Shown here: positions 9,263 through 17,906 of the stretch, in pieces
How the letters are laid out: every line of letters starts with the position of its first letter
Position numbering within the stretch: the first letter of the stretch is position 1
Origin: a virus
Lineage: Duplodnaviria > Caudoviricetes
Strand: one strand, 5' to 3'
Virus record (IMG/VR): IMGVR_UViG_3300017941_000009
Location: 1-60,297 of that record
Length of the DNA stretch: 60,297 nt
Notes under the pieces: generated by a model
What the model was told of the DNA's origin: nothing
The model's input: only the letters and a program-made list of their open reading frames with translations
Databases searched by the model: none
Position numbers and translations under genes: made by a program

Positions 9263-9693
9263 CAGAACGCCCCTTCCCGGCACGCGCAGGCATCGCGGTG
9301 CGCCACGGGGTTCATGCGGGAGCCGATGTTCTGGTCCCCGGTGGGCTCGAAGGTCCGCTCGAAGCCCTCGGACCCATCGTAGCGGGCCACGCGGCTGATG
9401 ATCACCGCGTCGGGCGTGATCGCGAGCAGCGCCCGGAAGAAGTCCCGGTGCCCGTGCCAGCACACCGCAGCGATCCGCTGGTGGTTGCCGTGCACCGCGC
9501 ACCGGCGCTGGGTGCAGCCCTCGGCGGGCCGCAGGGTGAGGCCGTGGGCGACCCCGCGGCGATTCTGCGTGCTCGGGTCGTACGGGATGCCGCCGCAGCC
9601 GCGGGTGTAGGGTCGGAAGCCGAAGCGCACGCGGACCTTCGTCACGAGTGCGGCTGCCTCGACGGCCTCTTCAGTGGTGTTCCGGATGATCAT
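9262..9693 (-). CDS. Hypothetical early protein
   Basis: GGAGGGG SD; AVCWHGHRDFFRALL motif. Confidence 0.7.
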   Translation of the reverse strand: MIIRNTTEEAVEAAALVTKVRVRFGFRPYTRGCGGIPYDPSTQNRRGVAHGLTLRPAEGCTQRRCAVHGNHQRIAAVCWHGHRDFFRALLAITPDAVIISRVARYDGSEGFERTFEPTGDQNIGSRMNPVAHRDACACREGAF

Positions 9694-9717
9694 TCCCCCT
9701 CCAGGGTGATCGGTGAA

Positions 9718-10605
9718 CTACGACTTCAGGCTGAGTGCCATCGGGCGCTTGCCGAACGCGAACTTCGGATCGTCCTTCGACGGGATGACCGTGACACGCA
9801 GGGAGACGCGCTCGCCCCGCAGCGGCTTCTCGCCGAGGAGGGCGTCTGGGCAGGTGACCCAGAGCTTCCAGCCGGCGTCCGTCTGCACCAACATCTTGAT
9901 GGGCCCGCAGTGACCGCGGACGTAGCCGTCCATCGCCTTCGTGGAGAGCACCAGGCCGGTGACGTCTACGCGGCCCGTTGGCGCGGGCGCGGCGGCCTCG
10001 TGCTCAGCCTCGCGCTGCGCCGCCCGCTCGGCCCGGGTGTCGATCTTCGTGAGCAGGGTCCCCAGGTACGCCATCTGCCGGTCGCTGATGTCGCCGTAGG
10101 TGACGAGCCTGCCGACGATGTCGCGCACAGTGCGCTCTTCGTACTCCTCCGCCTGGTCCTGCTCCGGCAGCGGGGCGGTGTAGAGATCCCAGCAGCGGGA
10201 GAGGCCGGCATCGGCGAGCAGTGCCTGGGCCTTCGCCTTGCCGGCGAGGTGGGCGCGGGCGTCGGTGACGAAGCGGCGCAGGCGTTGCACCTCCTCGGCA
10301 TCGTAGGCGAGGCTGTCCACCTGCTCGGCGCAGTCCTGGCCCATCCGCACGTACGTGTTCGTGGGACGGTGGTAGAAGAGAATCGTGTAGGTCGCCTGGA
10401 CGTTGCCGCAGACCATACAGTTGCCACCGTGCTCGTGCCGGCTGTAGGTGCCGCCGGTCCGCGCCATATGCTCCTGGATCTTCTCGCGGAACGCCTTCAG
10501 CATCAGCGCATCGCCCAGCCCCTCGATGCGGAGGCACTCCGGCGCGACGTACTCGTAGTCGCTCGGGACGATCGCGCTGGGGCGGTGTGGGTCGGTGCGA
10601 GTCAT
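9718..10605 (-). CDS. Hypothetical early protein (Cys motif, C-terminal OB-like beta region)
   Basis: CMVCG...GQDCA; C-terminal GRVDVTGLVLSTK...KLWVT...FAFGKRP. Confidence 0.7.
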   Translation of the reverse strand: MTRTDPHRPSAIVPSDYEYVAPECLRIEGLGDALMLKAFREKIQEHMARTGGTYSRHEHGGNCMVCGNVQATYTILFYHRPTNTYVRMGQDCAEQVDSLAYDAEEVQRLRRFVTDARAHLAGKAKAQALLADAGLSRCWDLYTAPLPEQDQAEEYEERTVRDIVGRLVTYGDISDRQMAYLGTLLTKIDTRAERAAQREAEHEAAAPAPTGRVDVTGLVLSTKAMDGYVRGHCGPIKMLVQTDAGWKLWVTCPDALLGEKPLRGERVSLRVTVIPSKDDPKFAFGKRPMALSLKS

Positions 10606-11012
10606 CAGACCTTCTGGTTCGGTTCGCCGATGGAGGTGCTGATCTGCCGCGGCCGGTCCTGCTTGCCGGCGTATTTCCTCGCGTACCGCTTGCCCTGGTC
10701 GAGGAGGCTCTTCCGCGCCGCCTTGAGTGCCCCATCGACCGACTCGAAGAACCGCGCCGAATGGATCGCGGCGAAGTGCTGGCCGTCCCGACGCGCGTGA
10801 ATGCGGAGTTCGAAGCGCTTGCCATCGAACGGCACTCCGGACTCCCTCGCCCAGCGACTGGTCTCCTCCGGGCGGAACTCCCAGATGACCGCGTAGCCCG
10901 TCACCTTCCGGCCCTTCTCATCCACCAGGTGGTGGTCGGCCTCGAGCTGCCACCACCGGCGCTCGTGCGCGCCGATTCCCGACCGGGCCTTCTCGTCGAT
11001 CGTGGTCTGCAT
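10605..11012 (-). CDS. First gene of the leftward early operon, hypothetical
   Basis: GGAGG SD before ATG 11012, just downstream of the strong promoter. Confidence 0.7.
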   Translation of the reverse strand: MQTTIDEKARSGIGAHERRWWQLEADHHLVDEKGRKVTGYAVIWEFRPEETSRWARESGVPFDGKRFELRIHARRDGQHFAAIHSARFFESVDGALKAARKSLLDQGKRYARKYAGKQDRPRQISTSIGEPNQKV

Positions 11013-11051
11013 CGGATCCTCCGCGTAAGGTTGGTGCCACCACACGCACAC

Positions 11052-11080
11052 ATATTACCGGAACGACTTAGGAATGTCAA
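11052..11080 (-). promoter_or_regulatory. Strong sigma70-type leftward promoter
   Basis: TTGACA-17 bp-TAATAT on the minus strand, in an AT-enriched gap. Confidence 0.85.
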
Positions 11081-11101
11081 GCCCCCCTGCCAAGGTCAGG
11101 C

Positions 11102-11131
11102 TTGACAACAACATACGCGCACCCACATATT
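11102..11131 (+). promoter_or_regulatory. Rightward sigma70-type promoter (probably leaderless transcript)
   Basis: TTGACA-18 bp-CATATT; ATG 11138 begins 6 nt after the -10 box. Confidence 0.7.
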
Positions 11132-11137
11132 GACGGT

Positions 11138-11350
11138 ATGGACGAGCACCCTGCTGGCCGAGACAGCCTCGAGATCCTCGAGAAGCCGAAGTTTGTGTCG
11201 CTGATGGAGGCCGCCTTCTTCCTCGGCGTGCCGTACGACACCGCGCGCCGGCTGCTCCTGACGCACAAGCTCGAGGGCTGCCGGCTGGGCAAGCACTGGC
11301 TGGTGGATCGTGCCAGCCTCACCCGGTACCAGGAGACGATGAAGCCGTGA
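11138..11350 (+). CDS. HTH_17 / excisionase-like DNA-binding protein
   Basis: VSLMEAAFFLGVPYDTARRLL...LEGCRLGKHWLVDRASL. Confidence 0.85.
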   Translation: MDEHPAGRDSLEILEKPKFVSLMEAAFFLGVPYDTARRLLLTHKLEGCRLGKHWLVDRASLTRYQETMKP

Positions 11351-11601
11351 CCGACGAGACGGAAGGACCGCAGCCGCCGACTGGCACCAGCACGCTGATA
11401 CTCGGCCGGAAGATGACGCGCCGGGATGTGGAGCGCGCGAAGCTCGAGCGCGACCTGTCGGAGTTCCTCCAGCAGGCGCTGCGGGACGCCGTCGTGCGGG
11501 CCCAGCCGATCCCGCCCTGGCCCACCGGCATCGAGGTCCCGAACTGGTTCGAGGAGCAGCTCGCCCGCGGCGTGTCGGTGCGCGTGACGATCGGGCTGTA
11601 G
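11347..11601 (+). CDS. Hypothetical protein
   Basis: GTGA-coupled. Confidence 0.6.
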   Translation: MTDETEGPQPPTGTSTLILGRKMTRRDVERAKLERDLSEFLQQALRDAVVRAQPIPPWPTGIEVPNWFEEQLARGVSVRVTIGL

Positions 11602-11943
11602 GTGGCGCCGATCCCACAGAAGGACCTGATCACGAAGCTGGCCGGCTACCTGGCCGTACGGGAGGCGGTGGGCGAGACCGGGAGGCTACTCACGCCGAAA
11701 CAGCTCCCGCGATCGGTGGGGGCGTGGGAGGATCGGCTGCGGTGTGCGCTGCAGGCAACCGACCTCACGCTGGTTCCACCGCCAGGCCGTGGCAGTGGAC
11801 AGCAGGTCCGGCAGGCAGAGCGCGACCAGGTGGAACTGAGCCGCCGGTGGGAAGTGGTGCGGGCCGCGATGGATCAGCCGCACCCCACGCCGGCGCTGAA
11901 GGCGGCGCTCGAGCCGTACATCGCGACGGTCCTGTCCGCGTGA
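11602..11943 (+). CDS. Hypothetical protein
   Basis: Abuts the previous stop. Confidence 0.55.
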   Translation: MAPIPQKDLITKLAGYLAVREAVGETGRLLTPKQLPRSVGAWEDRLRCALQATDLTLVPPPGRGSGQQVRQAERDQVELSRRWEVVRAAMDQPHPTPALKAALEPYIATVLSA

Positions 11944-11953
11944 CGACCGGCTC

Positions 11954-11982
11954 TTGCAACCTGGGACAAGGAGTCCCATATT
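11954..11982 (+). promoter_or_regulatory. Putative sigma70-type promoter
   Basis: TTGCAA-17 bp-CATATT in an intergenic gap. Confidence 0.55.
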
Positions 11983-12000
11983 CGCCCTCGTGGACAGACG

Positions 12001-12177
12001 ATGGTTCTTCTCCTCCGGTGCCCGCGCTGCGGTTGGACGCCCGACCGCGATGCGCCCGAACCGCTGTGCCTGATCTGTGGGCACAGCCTCGTGGTGAAGC
12101 CGCAGGCGTCGGCGAAGCCGAAGACGGAGCAGGCGTACCCGTTCGTCGGCCACGTGAGGGTTCTGAAGACCGCGTAG
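12001..12177 (+). CDS. Small zinc-ribbon protein (58 aa)
   Basis: MVLLLRCPRCGW...LCLICGH...; followed by a 10-bp stem (12177..12210). Not in the ORF track. Confidence 0.6.
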   Translation: MVLLLRCPRCGWTPDRDAPEPLCLICGHSLVVKPQASAKPKTEQAYPFVGHVRVLKTA

Positions 12178-12328
12178 GCCCCGTGGCTCAACCCACCGAA
12201 CCACGGGGCCGCGCTGCGTCGGGCGTCGTCTTCCAGTGGCAGGACGGCCCGCCATGCCCGATGCAGTTCACGATGATCACGGAGTTCTCGGTGCACCGGA
12301 GCCTCGTGCCGCCGGAGGCGATGGGCCT

Positions 12329-12514
12329 GTGAGAACGGCGCTACGCGAGGTACTCGCGGCGTTCGCGGGCGGCGGGATGCTCGCCTTCGGGGCGCTCCTC
12401 GGCCTCGCACTGTCTCTCTGGATGCGTCACGAGACGGCGACTCCAGGGTATGTGCTGGGCATCGCGGTCGTGTGGCTCATCCTGGTTCTCCTCGCACGGA
12501 GGGTGCGCTTGTGA
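12329..12514 (+). CDS. Small 2-TM membrane protein
   Basis: Two hydrophobic segments, GGAGG SD. Confidence 0.55.
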   Translation: MRTALREVLAAFAGGGMLAFGALLGLALSLWMRHETATPGYVLGIAVVWLILVLLARRVRL

Positions 12515-12927
12515 AGTGCGAGACCCTGGATGCGATACCGCCCTTCCGGTGCGTCACGGACCCGTCCCTCGAGCCGGGGACCGTGGTTTTCGGACCCGAC
12601 CTCGCGACCCTCAGGGCAGCGAGTCGCGGCGATCTCGAGGCGGCGCGGAGGTGCGGGATGGTCACGGACGCCAGCGGAGCCACGCCCGCGATGCTCCCGC
12701 TCGAGCGTGCGATGCGGAACATCCTCCGTCCGGAAAGCACCCCGGTGTCCATCCGGGAGGTAGGAGATACGCGGTACGCGCCGTGGGGCGTGCGGGCCTT
12801 CATCCTCCGTGACCACCTCGAGAACGAGCTCCGCACGATGGCGGCGCACTACGGACTCGCGCGCTGCGCACTGGAGCCGAAGCATCCACCGGCTGGCGAT
12901 GCCCTGATCGTCGGGGTGACGGTGTGA
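12511..12927 (+). CDS. Hypothetical protein
   Basis: GTGA-coupled. Confidence 0.55.
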   Translation: MKCETLDAIPPFRCVTDPSLEPGTVVFGPDLATLRAASRGDLEAARRCGMVTDASGATPAMLPLERAMRNILRPESTPVSIREVGDTRYAPWGVRAFILRDHLENELRTMAAHYGLARCALEPKHPPAGDALIVGVTV

Positions 12928-13181
12928 CCACCCCACCGGAGCACGTCCCCTTCGAGGGGGAATGCGGCCGCTGCCACAAGCACGTGCTGGACGGCGAGGT
13001 GTGCTGGTACTGTGGCGGCTGTCTGTGCTACGACTGCTGGCATATCTGGGGACACTGCGGCCATCCGGAGGCCGAGGAGATCAACGAACAGGGGCGCACG
13101 ATGGGACTGAGGGTGGACCGATTCGTAACGCAGGTGCCAGACACGCCCGAGGTACGGGCGGCACTGGGGGTGCAACCGTGA
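12924..13181 (+). CDS. Cys-rich zinc-finger protein
   Basis: CGRCH...CWYCGGCLCYDCW...HCGH. Confidence 0.65.
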   Translation: MTTPPEHVPFEGECGRCHKHVLDGEVCWYCGGCLCYDCWHIWGHCGHPEAEEINEQGRTMGLRVDRFVTQVPDTPEVRAALGVQP

Positions 13182-13642
13182 TGGAGACCCAGCCCTACGG
13201 GTTCTCGGAGATGGAGCGGATAATCCCCGCCCAGCGGGCGGTGAACCGTGCCTGCCGTGAGGTGCTCGCTGCGCGCCTGGACGTACGGCGGGTGTCCTTC
13301 GCCGCCCGCCTACTGGCGCACCTGCGCTGGTTCGCGGCCTGGCTGACTACCGGGACCTGTGGGGCCTCCGGAGAGGTCAACGGCTCCCTGTTGGTCTGCG
13401 ACCGGGCGCGCTACCACCCCGGCGACCACGCGGAGCGGGTGAGCTTCCAGGTCGGCGGGTCCTGGCGGACGGAGCCAGGGCTGCGGCACGTTCCCGTGGT
13501 GGTCCTCCACCCCCGGCGGTCAGGCGACATCGACCTCGCCCACGCGGCAGACGAGGTGCTTCACTTCGAGTTGTACGAACAGTCTGCCCTCCACGCCCGC
13601 GTCGGCCGCGCCTACCCGCGCCCGACCCCCGGGAGTTCGTAA
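13181..13642 (+). CDS. Hypothetical protein
   Basis: TGATG coupling; CGAS...CDRARYHPGDH motif. Confidence 0.55.
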   Translation: METQPYGFSEMERIIPAQRAVNRACREVLAARLDVRRVSFAARLLAHLRWFAAWLTTGTCGASGEVNGSLLVCDRARYHPGDHAERVSFQVGGSWRTEPGLRHVPVVVLHPRRSGDIDLAHAADEVLHFELYEQSALHARVGRAYPRPTPGSS

Positions 13643-13643
13643 G

Positions 13644-13853
13644 GTGAGGCGTATCAGCGCGCCTGGCCCGGGGAGGGACCTGGAGGGGTTCGAGGCGGCG
13701 ATGCGTACCGCTGGCCTTTTCAAGTCCGGGGTGGTCACGGAAGTCACGGTGGAACATGACCGCGGGTGTCCCTGCCCGAAAGGTGCCTCAAGCGAGTCCT
13801 GTACGTGTCGGCGTGTGACGGTAGTCGAGCGACGATCACTGCCTGAGATGTGA
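13644..13853 (+). CDS. Small Cys/His protein
   Basis: VEHDRGCPC...CTC motif. Confidence 0.5.
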   Translation: MRRISAPGPGRDLEGFEAAMRTAGLFKSGVVTEVTVEHDRGCPCPKGASSESCTCRRVTVVERRSLPEM

Positions 13854-13861
13854 GGGGTAGC

Positions 13862-14509
13862 ATGGCCAAGACGAAGCGCCCCACCGGCCGCCGCAAGGCG
13901 CCCGCCGGCGCGAAGAAGAAGGCCCCACCCAAGCCGCGGGTCCGTCGGACCGATGATGTTGCACGTGCAACACCCCTGGCCCAGCTCACGGGCAAGCGGC
14001 GTACGTTCGCGCAGGAGTACGTCCTCGACCACAACGCCACGAAGGCCGCGGAGCGGGCCGGGTACAGCGCCAAGACGGCAGCGCAGCAAGGCTACCGATT
14101 GTTGAGAAATGTTCATGTGGCTGCCGCCGTGGCGTGGCTCGAGGAACGCATCGCGGAGAAGAACCTCGTTACAGCGGATCGGGTCCTCCGTGAGCTGTTG
14201 ATCCTCCTCGACAGCGACGTCCGGCACTTCCTCGTGGACAACGACGGTCAGCTTCAGCTCGCCGCCGGCGCGCCGGACACCGCGTGGCGTGCGGTCTCGA
14301 GCGTGAAGCACAAGACCACCACCTACGGCAACGGCGAGCGCGAGACCACAGTGCACGAGGTGGAGTTCCGGCTGTGGGATAAGCCGGCCGCGGCGCGGAT
14401 GTTGGGCGAGCACCTGGGCCTCTTCCCCCACAAGATCGACCTGTCGGACGTCACGAAGCTGACGGACGAGGAGCTCGCCGCCCGGCGCAAGGCGCTTGGG
14501 CTGAAGTGA
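13862..14509 (+). CDS. terS: Terminase small subunit
   Basis: LTGKRRTFAQEYVLDHNATKAAERAGYSAKTAAQQGYRLL; directly upstream of terL. Confidence 0.93.
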   Translation: MAKTKRPTGRRKAPAGAKKKAPPKPRVRRTDDVARATPLAQLTGKRRTFAQEYVLDHNATKAAERAGYSAKTAAQQGYRLLRNVHVAAAVAWLEERIAEKNLVTADRVLRELLILLDSDVRHFLVDNDGQLQLAAGAPDTAWRAVSSVKHKTTTYGNGERETTVHEVEFRLWDKPAAARMLGEHLGLFPHKIDLSDVTKLTDEELAARRKALGLK

Positions 14510-16038
14510 CCACCCCGCCGGCGCGGCTGGAGCGGTATGCGCTGGAGCTGGAGACCGAGTACCGGCGCCGGCTCCGCGCCCCGGTGTCCGAGCGTCAGGT
14601 GCTGACGTTCCGGCAGTTCATCTGCAGGGTCCACCCTCGGTTCATCTGGTACACGCACTGCGAGCGCCTGGTGGCCGTGCTGCAGCGCGTGGCCGACGGC
14701 GAGATCAAGCGCCTGATCGTGATGGCGCCGCCGCGGCACTCGAAGTCCGAAACCGTCACGCGGCTCTTCAGCGCCTACCTGGTCTACCGCTTCCCCGAGC
14801 GCTGGGTCGGGCTCGCGGCGTACGGAGCGCAGCTCGCCTACACGTTCTCGCGGGCCGCGCGGGCCTTCGCGCGCGCCGCGGGTATGGAGTTCCAGGGCGA
14901 TGCCGAGGCGGTCGAGCAGTGGGAGACCACGAAGGGTGGCGGCCTGTGGGCGGCCGGCGTGGGCGGGCCGGCGACGGGCAAGGGCTTCCACTGCGGGATC
15001 TTGGATGACCCCCTGAAGAACGCCGAGGAGGCTGCCAGCGCCACGATCGCCAACCGGAACCAGGAGTGGTGGGAGTCCACGTGGTACACCCGCCAGGAGC
15101 CGGATGCGGCACTCGTCGTCATCCTGACGCGCTGGCCAGGGCCCGCGGATCTCATCGGCTGGCTCTTCGAGCAGGAAGCGGCGGACGAGCACCCGGAGCA
15201 CTGGCACATCATCGCCTTCGAGGCAGAGAAGTCCGAGGAGCCCTACCCCATCCCGGCGACCTGCACGCTCGAGCCGGACTGGCGGCAGCCGGGCGAGGCC
15301 CTGTGTCCGGAACGCTACCCGCTCGAGAAGCTCCACAAGCTGGCGAAGCGCATTGGCTCGTACTTCTGGAACGCCCTGTACCAGCAGCGGCCTGGCCCCC
15401 GCGAGGGCGGGCTCTTCAAGTACGACTACTGGAAGCTCCTCGAGGCGGTGCCGGCCGTGGGCCGGATGGTGCGCTACTGGGACACGGCGGGCACCGACAA
15501 GAAGGTCGGCAACGACCCCGACTACACGGCTGGCGGCCTGCTCTGCAGGATGGAGGATCTCTGCACAGCGATCGTGGACGTGGTGCGGTTCCGTTACTCG
15601 CCGGCCCGCCGCGATGCGAGGATCCTCGAGGTGGCGCGCGCCGACCTGGAAGCCTATCGTGGTCGCGTGACGTGGTGGTTCGAGACGGAGGTGGGCGTCC
15701 AAGGTGAGGAGCGCACGAAGGCGATCGTGAAGCGGTGTCAGAACCTCGGCCTGACCGTGCACGCGGAACACCCGACCGGGAGCAAGCGCGGCCGCGCTGA
15801 GCCGTTCGCCGCCGCGGCGGAGGCCGGCAACGTCTATCTCTGCCCCGGCGAGTGGCGCGATGGGTTCCGCGCGCGGGCGGCGGACTTCACCGGCGCCGAG
15901 GGCGGCGAAGACGACGAGCTCGACGCGGTCGACGGCGCGTACGCCAAGCTCAACGATGACGAGAGCGCCTTCGGTCCGCCGAAGCCGGCGTCGGAGCGGA
16001 AGAAGGTCCGGCCCCTGTTCGCGAGGGCCACGCCATGA
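14506..16038 (+). CDS. terL: Terminase large subunit
   Basis: Walker A-like APPRHSKS, Walker B GILDDP, coupling motif ILTRW, and nuclease motifs RYWDTA...DYTA...DDELDA. Confidence 0.95.
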   Translation: MTTPPARLERYALELETEYRRRLRAPVSERQVLTFRQFICRVHPRFIWYTHCERLVAVLQRVADGEIKRLIVMAPPRHSKSETVTRLFSAYLVYRFPERWVGLAAYGAQLAYTFSRAARAFARAAGMEFQGDAEAVEQWETTKGGGLWAAGVGGPATGKGFHCGILDDPLKNAEEAASATIANRNQEWWESTWYTRQEPDAALVVILTRWPGPADLIGWLFEQEAADEHPEHWHIIAFEAEKSEEPYPIPATCTLEPDWRQPGEALCPERYPLEKLHKLAKRIGSYFWNALYQQRPGPREGGLFKYDYWKLLEAVPAVGRMVRYWDTAGTDKKVGNDPDYTAGGLLCRMEDLCTAIVDVVRFRYSPARRDARILEVARADLEAYRGRVTWWFETEVGVQGEERTKAIVKRCQNLGLTVHAEHPTGSKRGRAEPFAAAAEAGNVYLCPGEWRDGFRARAADFTGAEGGEDDELDAVDGAYAKLNDDESAFGPPKPASERKKVRPLFARATP

Positions 16039-16634
16039 CCACGCCGTGGACCCACGATGCCCTGGCCGCTGATCTGATGGATGCCCGCCACCTCGCGGGC
16101 GAGATCGCGATGGAGCGGCTCGCGATGAGCGGGGGTCAGCTCGACGTGGCGGCGATGCGGCTGAGCTGGTCTCACCCGCTGCCCACGGGCTACGAGGTGA
16201 AGATCAGTCGGGCCGACTTCCTGAGCGACATCCGCAGCGAGAAGTGGCGCAACTACCTGGGGTGGGTCGAGCGCCTATTCTTCGCCGTGCCGAAGGGGAT
16301 GGTCGAGCGCGACGAAGTGCCGAAGCAGTGCGGGCTGCTCTGGCGCGGTGCCCATAGGTGGACGACGCGGCAGCGCGCGCCGTGGTTGCCGGTGGAGCCG
16401 GACGCCCTGCGGCGGTTCTGCCAGGCGCTGCTGTTCCGGCACTACGCTGCGGCGTGGGATGGCAGCCAGCGTGCGCACCAGAAGGTGATGGACGCCGCGC
16501 GGGACGCCATCCACGGGCCCTGTAAGAACTGCGGCCATCGCTTCACCGGCCACTACGGGTACGGCTGCGCCGGGGACTCGACGGAGCGGTATCTGGTGCC
16601 GTGCCGGTGTAAGCACTTTCAGGCGGCGGCGTGA
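16035..16634 (+). CDS. MmcB-like PD-(D/E)XK nuclease with C-terminal Cys motif
   Basis: LDVAAM...GYEVKISRADFLSDIRSEKWRNYL...LFFAVP...EVPKQCGL. Confidence 0.8.
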   Translation: MTTPWTHDALAADLMDARHLAGEIAMERLAMSGGQLDVAAMRLSWSHPLPTGYEVKISRADFLSDIRSEKWRNYLGWVERLFFAVPKGMVERDEVPKQCGLLWRGAHRWTTRQRAPWLPVEPDALRRFCQALLFRHYAAAWDGSQRAHQKVMDAARDAIHGPCKNCGHRFTGHYGYGCAGDSTERYLVPCRCKHFQAAA

Positions 16635-16876
16635 GCGACCCAGTCAAGATCCCCCCGAAGGACTTCGCTTCGACGGCGCATGAGGTGACGCTCGTGCACT
16701 TCGGTGCCGACGTGCTCGTGACCATCCGCGGCATCGACCTTGAACTAGACAGCCAGAAGGCCGTTCTCACTGCGTTCCTGCACCTCTGTGCGGTCATCCG
16801 GGATGGGGGCCAGAACCCCATGCTCGTGGCGCTCGCGGCGCTGCAGGTGCCCCTCGAAGACGAGCCTCCCTCGTGA
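16631..16876 (+). CDS. Hypothetical protein
   Basis: GTGA-coupled. Confidence 0.55.
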   Translation: MSDPVKIPPKDFASTAHEVTLVHFGADVLVTIRGIDLELDSQKAVLTAFLHLCAVIRDGGQNPMLVALAALQVPLEDEPPS

Positions 16877-17643
16877 GCACCACCCTCCGCGTCATCGATC
16901 CCTTCGTGGTCGGCCTGCAGCTCGGGCGGGTGCAGTCGCCGGCGGCGCTCGCGATCATCGAGCGGACGCCGGGCGCGCTCGAGGCATCGCCCGTCACCCA
17001 CGAGCTGGGGCACCTGCAGCGCTGGCCCGTGGGGACACCCTATCCGAGGATCATCCACGAGTTGACCGAGATCCTGCGTACGCCGCTGCCGATCCTGCAG
17101 GCCAATCGGGACGCGCTGGGCAACGTGCTGCCGCGGGACCTGGGCGGCCAGACGGCGGCCTTGGTGGTGAACGCCACGGGCGTGGGACGGGCCGCGCTCG
17201 AGCTTCTGAGGGACGAGGCACCGGACGTCCGCCGGGTGGCGACCTGGGTCACGACCGGCGACCAGGCGCTCGAGGAGACCGAGGGCTGGCGAGTGCCGCA
17301 GCGCGACCTCGTCGCCGCGGTCCAGGTGCTCGAGCAGCAGAACCGCCTGGAGATGGCGGAGGACCTGGCTGACTACCCGGAGCTCCGCCAGCAGATGGAC
17401 GCCTTCAAGGTGGTGCCGGGCGTGGCGGGCCGGGATCGCTACGACCCGACTGCGGGCGATGACCTGGTGGTGGCCCTGGCGCTGGCCTGCTGGTGGGGTG
17501 AGCTCGTGAGTCCCGGGCGGGTGGAGCTGATCCCCGGCGAGTTCTCGGCGTTCAGCAAGGAGGCGCTGGACTACGAGCGGGAGAAGCGGCGGGTGAAGGG
17601 GTGGCCGGTGGACGCCTCGGGCCCGATGGCGGACGGCGTCTGA
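16873..17643 (+). CDS. Stand-alone terminase nuclease (RNase H-fold) paralog with substituted catalytic residues
   Basis: VGLQLG...ALAIIER, GTPYP, LVVNATGVG, VPQRDLV and DDLVVALALACW match TerL C-terminal domain motifs (normally GLDLG and VDATGVG). Confidence 0.75.
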   Translation: MSTTLRVIDPFVVGLQLGRVQSPAALAIIERTPGALEASPVTHELGHLQRWPVGTPYPRIIHELTEILRTPLPILQANRDALGNVLPRDLGGQTAALVVNATGVGRAALELLRDEAPDVRRVATWVTTGDQALEETEGWRVPQRDLVAAVQVLEQQNRLEMAEDLADYPELRQQMDAFKVVPGVAGRDRYDPTAGDDLVVALALACWWGELVSPGRVELIPGEFSAFSKEALDYEREKRRVKGWPVDASGPMADGV

Positions 17644-17906
17644 TGGGCCAGCGCCAGCGGCGGCACCGCGCCGGCGTGGCGCTTAGTTCCCTCCCCGTGG
17701 GGGCTATCTTCTACCCTCCGCGGATGACGCAACGGCTCATTGAGCGCTGGCGGGTGTGGGGTCCGGGGCACCACGGCGGCGTCTTCGTGCAGGAGCGCGT
17801 GCTGCATCGGGACGGGGGCCGGTGCCGCTACGCCTGGGGGCCGGCGGTGGAGTGGTCAGGTGGGGTGCTGGTCGAACCCGTGGGGCGGAAGCGAAAGACC
17901 CGATGA
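17643..17906 (+). CDS. Hypothetical protein
   Basis: TGATG coupling; ends in an ATGA overlap. Confidence 0.45.
   Translation: MGQRQRRHRAGVALSSLPVGAIFYPPRMTQRLIERWRVWGPGHHGGVFVQERVLHRDGGRCRYAWGPAVEWSGGVLVEPVGRKRKTR

Noticed and set aside
9072-9279. Repeated GGAAGGGG(G)CGTT(C/T)TGATG at two gene junctions (minus strand)
   Set aside because: Explained as a reused SD plus stop/start coupling signal; too short to imply more.
11138-11350. Excisionase as evidence of an integration module
   Set aside because: No integrase or att-like site found; HTH_17 proteins are often plain regulators.
12177-12210. 10-bp stem after the zinc-ribbon gene as an intrinsic terminator
   Set aside because: No U-tract and a 14-nt loop; function cannot be assigned.
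12221-12250. tRNA D-arm-like sequence GTCTTCCAGTGGCAGGAC
   Set aside because: No anticodon arm, T-arm (GTTCGA) or acceptor stem follows; it is just a hairpin.
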